NCBI GenBank assembly: GCA_016906335.1
Contig: JADEYG010000003.1
Coordinates: forward strand, 620,001-684,000
Direction of reading: 5' to 3'
Origin: Novakomyces olei
Lineage: Eukaryota
Length of the DNA: 64,000 bases
In this document: piece after piece, positions 1 through 10,624 of the stretch
Position numbering within the stretch: position 1 is the first letter of the stretch
Layout: every line of letters starts with the position of its first letter
Made by a program: the position numbers and the translations under genes
Notes under the pieces: model-generated
What the model saw: only the letters and a program-made list of their open reading frames with translations
Database searches by the model: none
Told to the model about the DNA's origin: nothing

Positions 1-129
1 CTGAATATGGCGACGCGTAACGCGGGGCTCAAGACGCGTATTGCAAAAGGCATTGCTCACCTTGAAGCAGCAGATGATTTGGAAGTGAAAGCCTTGCTCG
101 CTGAATTGAAGGAGATATGTAGCAAATAG
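1..129 (+). CDS. 3' end of an unidentified gene running in from the window edge (LNMATRNAGLKTRIAKGIAHLEAADDLEVKALLAELKEICSK*)
   Basis: Frame 1 is open from base 1 to TAG at 127-129, encodes a helical-looking peptide and converges on GPN2. No family recognised. Confidence 0.45.
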   Translation: MNMATRNAGLKTRIAKGIAHLEAADDLEVKALLAELKEICSK

Positions 130-294
130 CCTGAGCCATTTCAAGAGAGGGAGACGCATGCTTCTTTTATAAGGCAACAGTCTGGTTATGCGTTCTGGAA
201 GGGTCCTGCGACCGTTCTCAAACATTTAGTGTCTCTTGACTTGTATACATCTCTATTATTTGCTGTAAAGATTATTTGTCTACATACAGGGGTA

Positions 295-1727
295 TCATTG
301 AGGGTTGGCCGGGTTCGAAGAGGCTTCATTTTTCCACTTCTCCCGTTCCATTTCATCATACTCATCACGATAATCGATCCAGCGCATTTGATCGTCCTCC
401 TTGGCCTCACCGCCTTGTCTTACTGCCGTCACAAAAATATCATCGCCTGCTCCCTCAGCTGCACCGAACGCGTACCCGCCTGCACGATCTATAACGTGCA
501 GTAAATGTGTCATTGAAGCCTTGTCTTCAACAGCTAAAGTCTCAAAAGCAACAAGGCCAAAATCTTCGACGATCTCAGCTACAGCTTCGTTTAGCCGACC
601 GTACCGCGCAAGTCGAGGGTCGCTATTGAGTCGAGGCAGCAGGTAGCTTAGGTCTTGAACTTGCTTGTAGAAATCAAGATGGAAGTCTATGAAACATGGG
701 TTAGATCTATCTTTGACGTGTTCAAACTTCAAAAATAAAGCACAGTCGATCATCATTAAAAGGCAAAAGAACAGAAGAGGGTGAAATAATCAGGATCAAA
801 TAAACAATTAACAATCAATACACCTACCGAGCGGCCCGTAATTTGCAAGCAAATCGATCTTTGAAAGCACATTGACTTGTGGCAGTTCAAGTTGCAGCAT
901 ACTCTTGAGAGCCAGCATCAGGACAGAAATGTACTTTGCCGGATCGCTGCAGTGATGCGAGTCTACCAGATTTACGACAACAGGCTTCCAAGTTAGCGTG
1001 AATTTTAATTGAAGAGTAGCATTAATGGAAACAAGTAAAGCGCCAGATGATTAAGTAGCCAGACTCGCGAATCATAGCTGGCTCCATAGCAGGTGTTAAT
1101 TTTAACAGCATTCAACCCCACCGTGCCTTTCTTGATCTTCTTTTAAACGATTTATCATTTAATTTAATTTAATTTTGATTTTTTTTTTTTAAATTATTTT
1201 TTTGGAATTAATTAATCATTATTTAATTCTCGTAATTATTTGTGACAACTTACCCTGTACCCGAGCCGCTCAATGTGACCAATAATCGTCCGTAGAGCGC
1301 TGTGATGAGTAAACAGCTCAACTTGTCCCGGACAGTCGAAAAGCACATAGTTTTCTAGCAGGATTAGTACATTCAAGTACACAATAAACCCCAAACCTTG
1401 CAGCCTTTGCAACCCGCGCGAGAGCCAATCAGCGTTGGCCTCTATTGTCTCCATTGCATGAATAATCCCTCCGTTTGGCCCCAAGTTGGCGTCGTCCATA
1501 ATATCAGACAAGGGCACAAGGTCCATCGCGTTCAGTTCACAGGGATAGGAGAGACGGTCGTTCGCAGGGTCCAAATTAACTACTGAGCATTTGCGGCCGA
1601 TAGCCGAAAGAAACTGGTGCATCCCATTACAGTATGTTGTTTTACCGCTACCCGGTGGGCCGATAACTATCTAAAATGCGTGAGCAAGTACGGTTTGTCT
1701 CGTCCGCCTTACCTGACAGAACGGCAT
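295..1727 (-). CDS. GPN2: GPN-loop GTPase 2 (RNA polymerase biogenesis), 5 exons
   Basis: Spliced start MPFCQ|IVIGPPGSGKTTYC, then VVNLDPAND, LGPNGG and FDCPGQVELFTHH, with C-terminal VIDRAGGYAFG. Canonical introns. Confidence 0.93.
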
Positions 1728-1893
1728 TACGACAAGACCGGCATCTGCATTTCCTTTAAATAATAATAATTAATTATTATTATTTATTTATTGTATTACA
1801 ATAATATATTATTATATTAAATGTTTAATATTATTAATATTAATATTATTATTATTATCATTATTATTATTTTCCTGTGATCGTCATGATCCT

Positions 1894-3237
1894 ATGATCC
1901 CAATTCCTACGGCGGCCGTTCTGTTCCCAAAGAGCACGCCATTCTTTCATAGACCCGAGTACCGCCGGACAGTGCTCTCAATATATCGCCGCTGCTTAGA
2001 TCAATCGAAACATTTAGTGGCTCACGATGCAGAACTATCACACAGCTTTCGTTCAACTGTACAAAGGCTATTTCGGCAAAACAAACGCCAGTACTCCGCG
2101 AGACAGGCGGAAAAACTGGTTAGAAAGGCAGCTCAGCTCTCGGCCTTGACGGCTTCGGCTTTACGCGGTAGTGCCGAGTCTCTTGAACGTGTTCGACAGC
2201 AGGTTTATAGAGTGGGAAAGCCGTTGCATGAATTAAGCGTCGATTATGTTCAGCGGGCTGGGTCCAATCTCACTTTGAGACATATACATTTGCTGCAAAA
2301 AAAGCAAGGAAAAGATTTGCTAAGCTCTGCGCGCTACGCACGGATGAGTCAGCAACAAGTGGAGACGTTACTGTTCACTTTAAAGGCTGATTTGGAACTT
2401 TGTAATAGAGAGTTTGCCGGATCGTTGTCGGCAACAGCACTTGGCCAAATGGCAGATAAGAGTGGCAGCGCCACATCAGCCTGTACCAGCTCTGGGGATA
2501 ATGGAAAATCCATAAGAATGGATTCTATAAAGTCCAGCAATTGTACTGTCCAAGAAAAGTCTGTGCAATTAACCTTGGCTAAAGCACGGGGCCGATTAGG
2601 AGGGACTCTGCGAAAAAGAAGGATACGTCTCCCAAAAAAGTCACGTCTCTTTAAAAAATCACGTATAAATGGAGATTTTCGCTCCTTTCTCGATTCAGTA
2701 AAGTCTACAGTTGCAGCGGACGCTTCTACCGCTCAAGACCAGGCAGATCGGCTGGACGATTACTTGAGGCGCGTAAAGCCTCCGATCTACAGGTACGAGC
2801 TTGTACAATCGTGTGGGATCTGGTTAGTGCGTGACCGTTTCAACAAGACGGATAACCGGTTAGGAACCAAAATCCGGCGGCAAGTGGATCGAAACCAAAA
2901 CGCTGTCGACAGTGCTCAGGCACTGGCAAGTGTGCATTATCATGCTGTTTTGGAAGACGCATTCTATTCGCATTTAAGCAATCAAGGCTTTGCTGGTGTA
3001 GCAAAAGAACTGGGCTGGGCCGTGGCAATACGAATTCAGCTAGTTGCGTCAAGGCTGGCGCTTAATGTACGGAGGCGAAGGCAGTTTGATCAAGGACAAA
3101 GGCTGGCCCGGTTTGTTTATGAGCATCGCCAAAAGATAGATGGCGATGTACGCGATTACAGACGGTGGAGAAAGGAAGCAAGAGCCTATTTGGCAGAGCT
3201 CAGAAAAGGCCAGGAAAGAGATGGTCTTGTGCTATAG
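1894..3237 (+). CDS. Probable mitochondrial LYR-motif protein, possibly RRG1-like
   Basis: 447-aa intronless basic ORF with N-terminal VLSIYRRCL...LFRQNK, a LYR-family pattern. RRG1 resemblance is from memory only. Confidence 0.55.
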   Translation: MIPIPTAAVLFPKSTPFFHRPEYRRTVLSIYRRCLDQSKHLVAHDAELSHSFRSTVQRLFRQNKRQYSARQAEKLVRKAAQLSALTASALRGSAESLERVRQQVYRVGKPLHELSVDYVQRAGSNLTLRHIHLLQKKQGKDLLSSARYARMSQQQVETLLFTLKADLELCNREFAGSLSATALGQMADKSGSATSACTSSGDNGKSIRMDSIKSSNCTVQEKSVQLTLAKARGRLGGTLRKRRIRLPKKSRLFKKSRINGDFRSFLDSVKSTVAADASTAQDQADRLDDYLRRVKPPIYRYELVQSCGIWLVRDRFNKTDNRLGTKIRRQVDRNQNAVDSAQALASVHYHAVLEDAFYSHLSNQGFAGVAKELGWAVAIRIQLVASRLALNVRRRRQFDQGQRLARFVYEHRQKIDGDVRDYRRWRKEARAYLAELRKGQERDGLVL

Positions 3238-3312
3238 GTGAGCATAAGAGTGTAATATTAGCAGTAAACAATTTGTGTAGACTCGGCGAGTACAGTCGGA
3301 TATGTTTTCTTT

Positions 3313-3423
3313 GTCAGACTGGTCAGACACTACAGATAGACTGGTCAGACTGGTCAGACTGGTCAGACTGGTCAGACTGGTCAGACTGGTCAGACTGGTC
3401 AGACTGGTCAGAAAGACTGGTCA
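3313..3423. repeat. 9-bp tandem repeat (GACTGGTCA)n
   Basis: About 8 consecutive units plus degenerate flanking copies are directly visible. Confidence 0.95.
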
Positions 3424-3574
3424 AAGAACAGGCTAGTAAAACAGGTCAGAATAAACAGTTACAGTATCAACAGTCATAGGCGGTAAACAGGCAAGTAGCC
3501 GTGCATTATATCCAGCATGAAAACTAGACGTGTATGACTGTAGAATAAAACACAGACAAGCAACACTAGACGAC

Positions 3575-3715
3575 ACTATAGTCTACGCCCATAGTCGTAG
3601 ACTATAGAGTCTACTATAGAGTCTACTATTGTAGTCTACTATTGTACGTCTACGACCAGTGTAGACCGTGTACGACCGTGTACGACAGTCTACGACAGTC
3701 TACGACAGTCTACAC
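3575..3715. repeat. Degenerate ~10-bp tandem repeats (GTCTACGACA / GTACGACCGT / GTCTACTATAGA)
   Basis: Visible immediately downstream of the RML2 stop codon. Confidence 0.75.
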
Positions 3716-4783
3716 CTACTTTGCCTGCCGCTTCTCCTTCCCACGCGGCCGTGCTTTAACCAGCAATTTATTCTGGTTGTGCTTGGATTTACGAGTGCGG
3801 GCAAACTTGAGAGTGCCCCAGGGCGACTGCGGGTGCTTGTTGCCCTTGGACTTGCCCCTGCCTCCGCCGAGCGGATGGTCGTGAGGGGACATGGCCACTC
3901 CGCGGACAGAGGGCCGAATGCCGAGCCATCGGGACCGGCCCGCCTTGCCCAGCATCCGGTGCCGCCAGTCCGGGTTACTTACCAGCCCGACGGTAGCGCA
4001 AACGTCGATGGGCACTTTGCGCAGCTCTCCCGACGAGAGCCGCAGCACAGTGTGTCGGCTATCTCGGTTCAGCACAACGGCAAAAGTGCCCGCTGAACGG
4101 CACAGCTGAGCGGGTCCGAAGTTGTGCAGTCCCACGCAGCAGACGCGAGTGCCCTGCGGAACCATATGCAACGGCAGGCAGTTGCCGATTTTTACAGTAC
4201 GAGCGGCAATCATTCCCGCATCGTGGGCACCGCCTGCGGCAGATACAATCTGCCGTGGGACGCCGTGCCGAAAGGACTCGACCGTATCGCCCTGCCGCAG
4301 TCCCTCACAGGCGACAATGTACGAGTAGGCGCCGCTGTCATTGTGCTTAAGCAATGCAATGTGCGCTGACCGGTTGGGATCGTACTCGATCCGCTGCACC
4401 GTCTGCTGTCCCGCTGTGTAACGGGAGAAATCGACAGTGCGCACACGTCTACGGTGGCCCCCACCACGGTGCCGCACTACGATCCGGCCCGTGTTGTTCC
4501 GCCCACCTTGCTTACGTAACGCATGCGTCAATGGACGGTGGGGGCCGCCTTTGTGGAGGTGGGGGTTCAGTGGGAGACGCACCCACCGTAACCCGGGCGT
4601 CCTTGGCTTGTAGCTCTTCATTCGGAACGACGTTTTTTTCCGCAGCGGCTGTGCCGATCCCGGCAGCACGATTCCGGCGGCTGGTGAGGCAGCCGGTGAC
4701 GATGCAGAGGGCGGCCGCTGGTTTGCAGAGTACCGCCGCACCAATTGCGACGGCAGCCGCCTCGCTGCGCTGATCCTGAGCAT
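3716..4783 (-). CDS. RML2: Mitochondrial ribosomal protein uL2m
   Basis: GGRNNTGRIVVRHRGGGH, IEYDPNRSAHIALL, GKAGRSRWLGIRPSVRGVAM and HPLGGGRG motifs. Presequence-like start MLRISAARR with ATG at 4783. Confidence 0.96.
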   Translation of the reverse strand: MLRISAARRLPSQLVRRYSANQRPPSASSPAASPAAGIVLPGSAQPLRKKTSFRMKSYKPRTPGLRWVRLPLNPHLHKGGPHRPLTHALRKQGGRNNTGRIVVRHRGGGHRRRVRTVDFSRYTAGQQTVQRIEYDPNRSAHIALLKHNDSGAYSYIVACEGLRQGDTVESFRHGVPRQIVSAAGGAHDAGMIAARTVKIGNCLPLHMVPQGTRVCCVGLHNFGPAQLCRSAGTFAVVLNRDSRHTVLRLSSGELRKVPIDVCATVGLVSNPDWRHRMLGKAGRSRWLGIRPSVRGVAMSPHDHPLGGGRGKSKGNKHPQSPWGTLKFARTRKSKHNQNKLLVKARPRGKEKRQAK

Positions 4784-4834
4784 TATTTTTTCACGCAAAT
4801 TGTATTTATTATTTTTTGTTGTTATATTTATTAT

Positions 4835-4975
4835 ATTTATTACAATATTTACTACAATATTTATTACAATATTTATTACAATATTTATTACAATATTTAT
4901 TACAATATTTATTACAATATTTATTACAATATTTATTACAATATTTATTACAATATTTATTACAATATTTATTAT
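4835..4975. repeat. 12-bp tandem repeat (TATTACAATATT)n
   Basis: About 11 units visible upstream of RML2. Confidence 0.95.
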
Positions 4976-5313
4976 AATTATTGTTGAGAAATTGCTCTAT
5001 ATAGCTTTTTTAATATTACTTCTTGGAAATAATTCTGTCTTTATTACTCTTTGAATTCTCCTCCCAATTCTATATTCTGTCTACAAGATCTATTTTTGAA
5101 TAATATATAGTTATATATATATCCCTGAGCGCCCCTCAGCTTTGGGACCTTGATTATTCTTTTCCACAGTCAGATAGTAAATATCAATCATTCCAACTTT
5201 AAAATAACAATAATTCAACAATTATAATATTTATTATTTATTATTTATTATTATTATTTATTGTAGACTCGTCCAACTGCCTCCGTCTCGCCAAAACACT
5301 GTTCAAGTCGGCT

Positions 5314-6684
5314 ATGGCCCTTTTCGCTGATACTTATTTTACTGCGCACAGCAGCATTACACGGCTGCTCAAGGGTACTCGTTTCGTTCAGTGCTCCGTC
5401 ATAATCTAACAGAGACAGATCAGCCAATTGCGGGACCCGTTCTTTTGGCATTGGCCGCGTTCGGTGCCGCCGCTGGTGTTTCACGCGTCTTGTCTTTTTA
5501 CACGTTCTTGTTCCGCGTTTTCGTCTCTCGCGGTTATGGGCTGAAAAGGTACGGCGCTGGAAGTGGAGCGTACGCGGTAGTAACCGGTGCGTCCGATGGA
5601 ATTGGCAAAGCATATGCTGAAGCACTGGCCCGAGCGGGGTTTAATCTGGTGCTGATTTCCCGCACAAAATCGAAATTGGATGATTTATCTCGCGAATTGG
5701 GTATGATTTTGTTGTTTAACAGATTACTAAACTTTTGTTTTGTTTTGTCTTGTTTTTTGCTGTTTATTTTGTTATTTTGTTAAATTTGTTAAATTTGTTA
5801 TTTTGTTAATTTTTGTATTTTCTAATTTTTTTTTTTTCGTTTCCTCTCATATCTTTATTATTGTTCTTTTCTCATTATTGTTCTTTTTACATTATTGTTC
5901 TTTTCTCATTATTGTTCTTTTCTCATTTTTGTTCCTTCTCAATTATTGTCCTTTTCATCTCTAATCATTTGCAGAGAGTGCCCATAAAGTCACAACACTA
6001 GTTTTCCCCCTGGATTACACTACTGCACAAGACAAACATTTTGAAATGTTGGCAGAAACTCTGAGCCAGTTGCGAATTACAGTTATAATCAACAATGTGG
6101 GCCAATCGCACGAGCTTCCCGTCCCTTTCGTCCTTACGCCGACAAAGGAAATGGAAGATATCATTAAAGTCAATGTCAATGGCACGCTTAAAACGACAAA
6201 GGCCTTACTGCCTGCCATTATTGATAGACAGTCCCGGTCTGACACAAAACAAAAAGTTCTCTTGCTCACAATGGGCAGTTTTGCCGGAATGACACCGACA
6301 CCGTTACTCGCAACTTACTCTGGGTCAAAAGCGTTTTTGGCTGCCTGGAGTACAGCTCTTTCGGCCGAGTTGAAGGAGTACGGTGTGGACGTCTGGCTTG
6401 TGAATTCGTACCTTGTAACCTCTGCCATGTCTAAAATCAAGCGGACTAGCTGGCTCATTCCTAATCCAAAACAATTTGTAGCGTCTGCTCTTGGCAGCTT
6501 GGGTATTAATCGTGCTGGTTCTGCTCCATCACAGACTGTGCCTTACCCTTCACACGCTCTCATGGCGTTTTTCATACAATTGCCGTCGTTGCAGTCGGTG
6601 GTTTTGGACATTAACAAGCGAATGCACGAGTCGATTCGCCAGCGTGCTCTAAAGAAACTCTTGCAGCAAGAGAAGAAAAAGTAG
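5314..6684 (+). CDS. IFA38: Very-long-chain 3-oxoacyl-CoA reductase (SDR), 3 exons
   Basis: VVTGASDGIGKAYA, LVLISRTKSKL, INNVGQSH and PTPLLATYSGSK (YxxxK) motifs, LVTSAMSKIKR, dilysine-type C-terminus. Introns at about 5375-5418 and 5702-5974. Confidence 0.93.
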
Positions 6685-6999
6685 ATTACAACGCCGAATC
6701 AGCTGTCCAAATAAATACAAAATTCAAATTAAAAACGAGATAACCGCGAATGAAAAAAAGCACAAAAAAGAACAGGAAATCCAAGGGGGAAAGAAACGAA
6801 CCAGTTCACTGTTGAACGCGCGAGTGAATGGAACATGATATGAGAACAAGACTTGCAAGCTTCGGAGACTCGCTTGTATATAATTGTTATTTTATGCATA
6901 TATTATGTTATGTACAGGACAATATATACATCTGAAACCCAGTCGTTAACATTTTGCACTGTTCACCCTTTGTAATTTAATACCTTTCTTGACATTAAT

Positions 7000-8101
7000 T
7001 CACTCAACTTCAACATCAAACTCAGTAGGCTCCCTTGGCTCTTGGTCTTCGGCCCATTGAGTCAGCTCGTCCATATAGCTCAAAATAGCCGCTAAAGAGG
7101 ATTCACTGTCGCTCTGGAGGGGGAGGAACGATATCATATGAAAGTCGTCTATTAATTGTACAATTGCCCGGTTAAGATCGTGGAATCGTGGATTAGTTTG
7201 GGCGTCCGCCTGCTCTGCAAGCAGAAGAGCATCCGTATTTAGGAACCGTTTCATTTGAGTTCGAGATACTTGCCCGTTAACAAGGTCCATTTTACTCATA
7301 ATATTAATGTGAGGCATCTCAAGCATCATCATTGCGCTCATGGCTGACAATGCACCAGCAAAGAATTTGGCTCCATCAATAACAAACTGGCTTTCCAGGA
7401 GATAAGCAGCACAGAGCCGGAAATTTAAGACGATTTGTAAGTGTCGTGCTAGCTCAGCAAGGATCGGAATATGTGTATACAGTTCGATTTGTCCGGGCAT
7501 ATCAAACAGTAAATAATCGTCGTCATATTCCCCTAGAGCCTCTTCCAGCCAGTCCAAATTCTGCATTAAAAACCTAGAATTAGAATTGCTGTCTGATTCA
7601 GAATAAATGTTTCTATTATTTGCTTCCATCTTCCTTTCAGAGTGTTTAGCTCACGCTTCAATCACTTACTCAAAACAATATACTAATCCGCCGTTCGGGC
7701 CAAAGTCCATTTCTTCCATCACATCAGACAGACTAATTAGATCTCTTATGTCTAGCACAAATGTCAGTATAGTCCTCGATACATCAAACTGTGGGCATCA
7801 CTTACCTACTGTCGGCTCCCAATCAAAATTTTCTGCTGCAGGATCAAGGTTTACAAGATGAACACTGCGGCCAACCGTTCGCATATGCTGTATAAGAGCA
7901 CTACAAAAAGTGGACTAGAAAGCCCAAGTCAGTTCCGTTAAGAAATGAACAATGCATTTCGGACAGTTAAAAAGTAGAACGAAAATACGCCTTCCTTAAA
8001 AAATATAATAAATAAATACAACAAAAAAAATAAAAATAAAATAAAATGCCTACCTTCCCGGAGCCGGCGGGGCCCATGACGAGGATACCAACTCGCGGCA
8101 T
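7000..8101 (-). CDS. GPN3: GPN-loop GTPase 3, 4 exons
   Basis: [44 protein letters not shown] and [12 protein letters not shown] motifs. Confidence 0.94.
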
Positions 8102-8948
8102 CTCTCATGGGCAGGATCCTTTCTCGTATAAAGAAGGCTATGCTGGCAGAGTAGAGGCAGAGTAGATAAGTGATACGTGATTCTTTGACCACACGAGATT
8201 CCGCGCGAATATCGACTCAAACTTTGAAAGGGCAGGTGACTGGTACCTGCAAATTAAGCAACAGTTAAAGTATCCAGAAAGCAAAACTTTGACGAGTCGC
8301 GGCGTGCAAACGTAGGGTCTGGCTGTCAAGTGGAATTTATGGTAGCTTTATCTTTTGCCCTATAATATTCGCGATACAACTTATTGTGAATTAAATTATA
8401 TTCGGGTATGTGATTACTAGCAGTTATGGACCAATTGTAAAGCCGACCAAACTTCTATCGAAGTGCCGGCAAATGTGAATAGCAAAGGGACTGATAAAGT
8501 TTAGACGGCAATAAAGAGGCCATTGGAACAGATATGCTAACAAGACGTGTTTCATATAAAATTCGTTTCTAAGGGCGTCCCTGACGATTCACCAGTCGTT
8601 GATAGATGAATAGCTGAATACACGGCACTGCGTTTTTCCATTCGCATGCTTGACTGCAGCTTTGTAACAGCTAACTGTCGATATGTAATGCGCTGCGAAA
8701 GGCTTTCAAATTAAACTTTGGCGTCAAACAGTTTCGACAGATTTATAGGTGGCGTTATCGCCGCGATGGGAGTAGAGATTAGGGTTACGGTTAAATTAAA
8801 GCAGAATCAAATTTGCGTTAGCAAAAGGCATTAGTAGGGACAAGCAGACTGTTTATTACAGAGCACAGGATATGATGGTGCAGGTGCAAAGCATGAACGG
8901 ACAAACCGTTCGTTAGACGTACGGCCAATGTATTCAACTAGAAAAAGC

Positions 8949-9583
8949 TTATAACCCATTCCGAAAAGCCGCTTGGACTGGACCCGCCGCATCAGACCCA
9001 AAAATTACGGCGTCGAAATCCTCAGCAGCAGAATGGCTTCCAAGCAGCGTATGCTCAAAGTATTCCTGTGAAGTTTGCTTCAACTGCTGCCGGATAAGAG
9101 CTACAGGATTAGAAAATTGATAATTATAATACGGAAAAGAGACTGGTTGATTGATAAATAAATCAACCATTTGTCATCGAACTTGAATAAACACATTTAT
9201 CAATAATTCAGCAATCAATTACCTGCCAGCCAATCGTCATGGCGATGCTGTTGTGGATCGATTCCCTGTACTCTCTCCGTATCGCGAAACTCTTCGCTTT
9301 CTAACCATTCTGCAAAAGGCCTAATTGACGCTTGAGCATCATCGCCAGCAGACGTAACTCGTAGAGTCTCCAGCGCCTGTCTGACGTCAGATAATGCTAC
9401 ATCGTTTCTTCTCTCTAGAGCAGCGTAGGCCTGCGAATGCCTTCCCAAGGCAGACACAAAGCGAAGTACAAGCGCCGAGAAGGCCTCCACCGTAGCCGGT
9501 GAAGAGCGATCAAAACCAGCTGCTCTTAGCGCCTGCGATACCGCGACCCGTGCGATCGCAAACACGAAATCATCCTGCGGCAT
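8949..9583 (-). CDS. TAF3: TFIID subunit TAF3-like (bromodomain-associated histone fold), 2 exons
   Basis: Histone-fold ARVAVSQALRAAGFDR...DVRQALE. Splicing gives DWLAALIRQQ...FEHTLLG, like short fungal Taf3 proteins. Confidence 0.75.
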
Positions 9584-9637
9584 TATACCATTGCTCTGCC
9601 TTGCAGCTCAGCTGGCTCTTGTAGGCTTCTCGTTGAA

Positions 9638-9638
9638 A

Positions 9639-9733
<95 letters not shown>
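9638..9733. repeat. (TAT)n microsatellite in the TAF3/RSM27 divergent promoter
   Basis: About 32 perfect units. Confidence 0.97.
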
Positions 9734-9735
<2 letters not shown>

Positions 9736-9781
9736 AGAATAAAATAAATTATCTGGCCAATAAATTCAATACAAAAAGCAA

Positions 9782-10271
9782 ATGGCTACCCGGCTCAGGT
9801 CGTTTATGGCGCTAGCTTTAGAGCTGCGGCCGTATTCTACGGCAGCAAAGCCGCCTGCAGCTGCGGCTGCCTCACCAGTAGCACCATTGCCCTCTCGAGC
9901 AGCTCAGCGCCAAGTACTTGAGGCGCGCAGCAGAGTTTTTGGTACCGCAATGCCTGGCGGAAGGCAGGGGACTAAAGTGCTACAGCAAAAGTTCAAAGGC
10001 CCTATTTTGCTCGATTGGTACCCGCGAGATTTTGGTCTAAATATAAAGAAAGTGTCTCGTGCGTTTCCTGAACTTGATTTGGAGAATTTAGAGGAAGTTG
10101 ATCGGCTTAAACGGCTGCAAGTGGCTAAACGGCGAGGCAAAGGGCCTCCAAAGAAGAAACGTAATATTTTTCAACTTCTTTTTATTATTTGGACCTTCAA
10201 TTTTTAAAGTAAGGAATTACTAACAAATCCTAGGCGAAAAAGTGGTCGCGAAGAAGGGGCGGAGAAAGTAG
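9782..10271 (+). CDS. RSM27: Mitochondrial ribosomal protein mS33, 2 exons
   Basis: RVFGT...GTKVLQQKFKGP..LDWYP and KRRGKGPPKKK motifs. Intron 10161-10233; second exon ends at TAG 10271. Confidence 0.9.
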
Positions 10272-10624
10272 AATCGTTATCTGAATATACGCATTAACCA
10301 TTAATGTTGTCTACTAGGAGGCAATTGATGTAAATTAGTTCATGCGTCAAGTTAAACTGTTAAAGTTTCTCGTTTTCTACCCTCTTTGTGCAGGACCACA
10401 ATGACCCATTTTATTTGGAGTATTATACTCCTTCATAGTAATCAGCAGTGCCCTCTATCTCCTACAATTGATCCTATATTTGATCCGCAAAGTGCCTTTG
10501 CTCGAGTCACAGTCTGTTGTACACAATAAAACTATTAAATACGGGTATAAAGGTATTTTTAATAAAATATACATGAAAAAAAAAATTGCAAGAAAACGTC
10601 GCGCCACCGTAAACAAAATACAAT

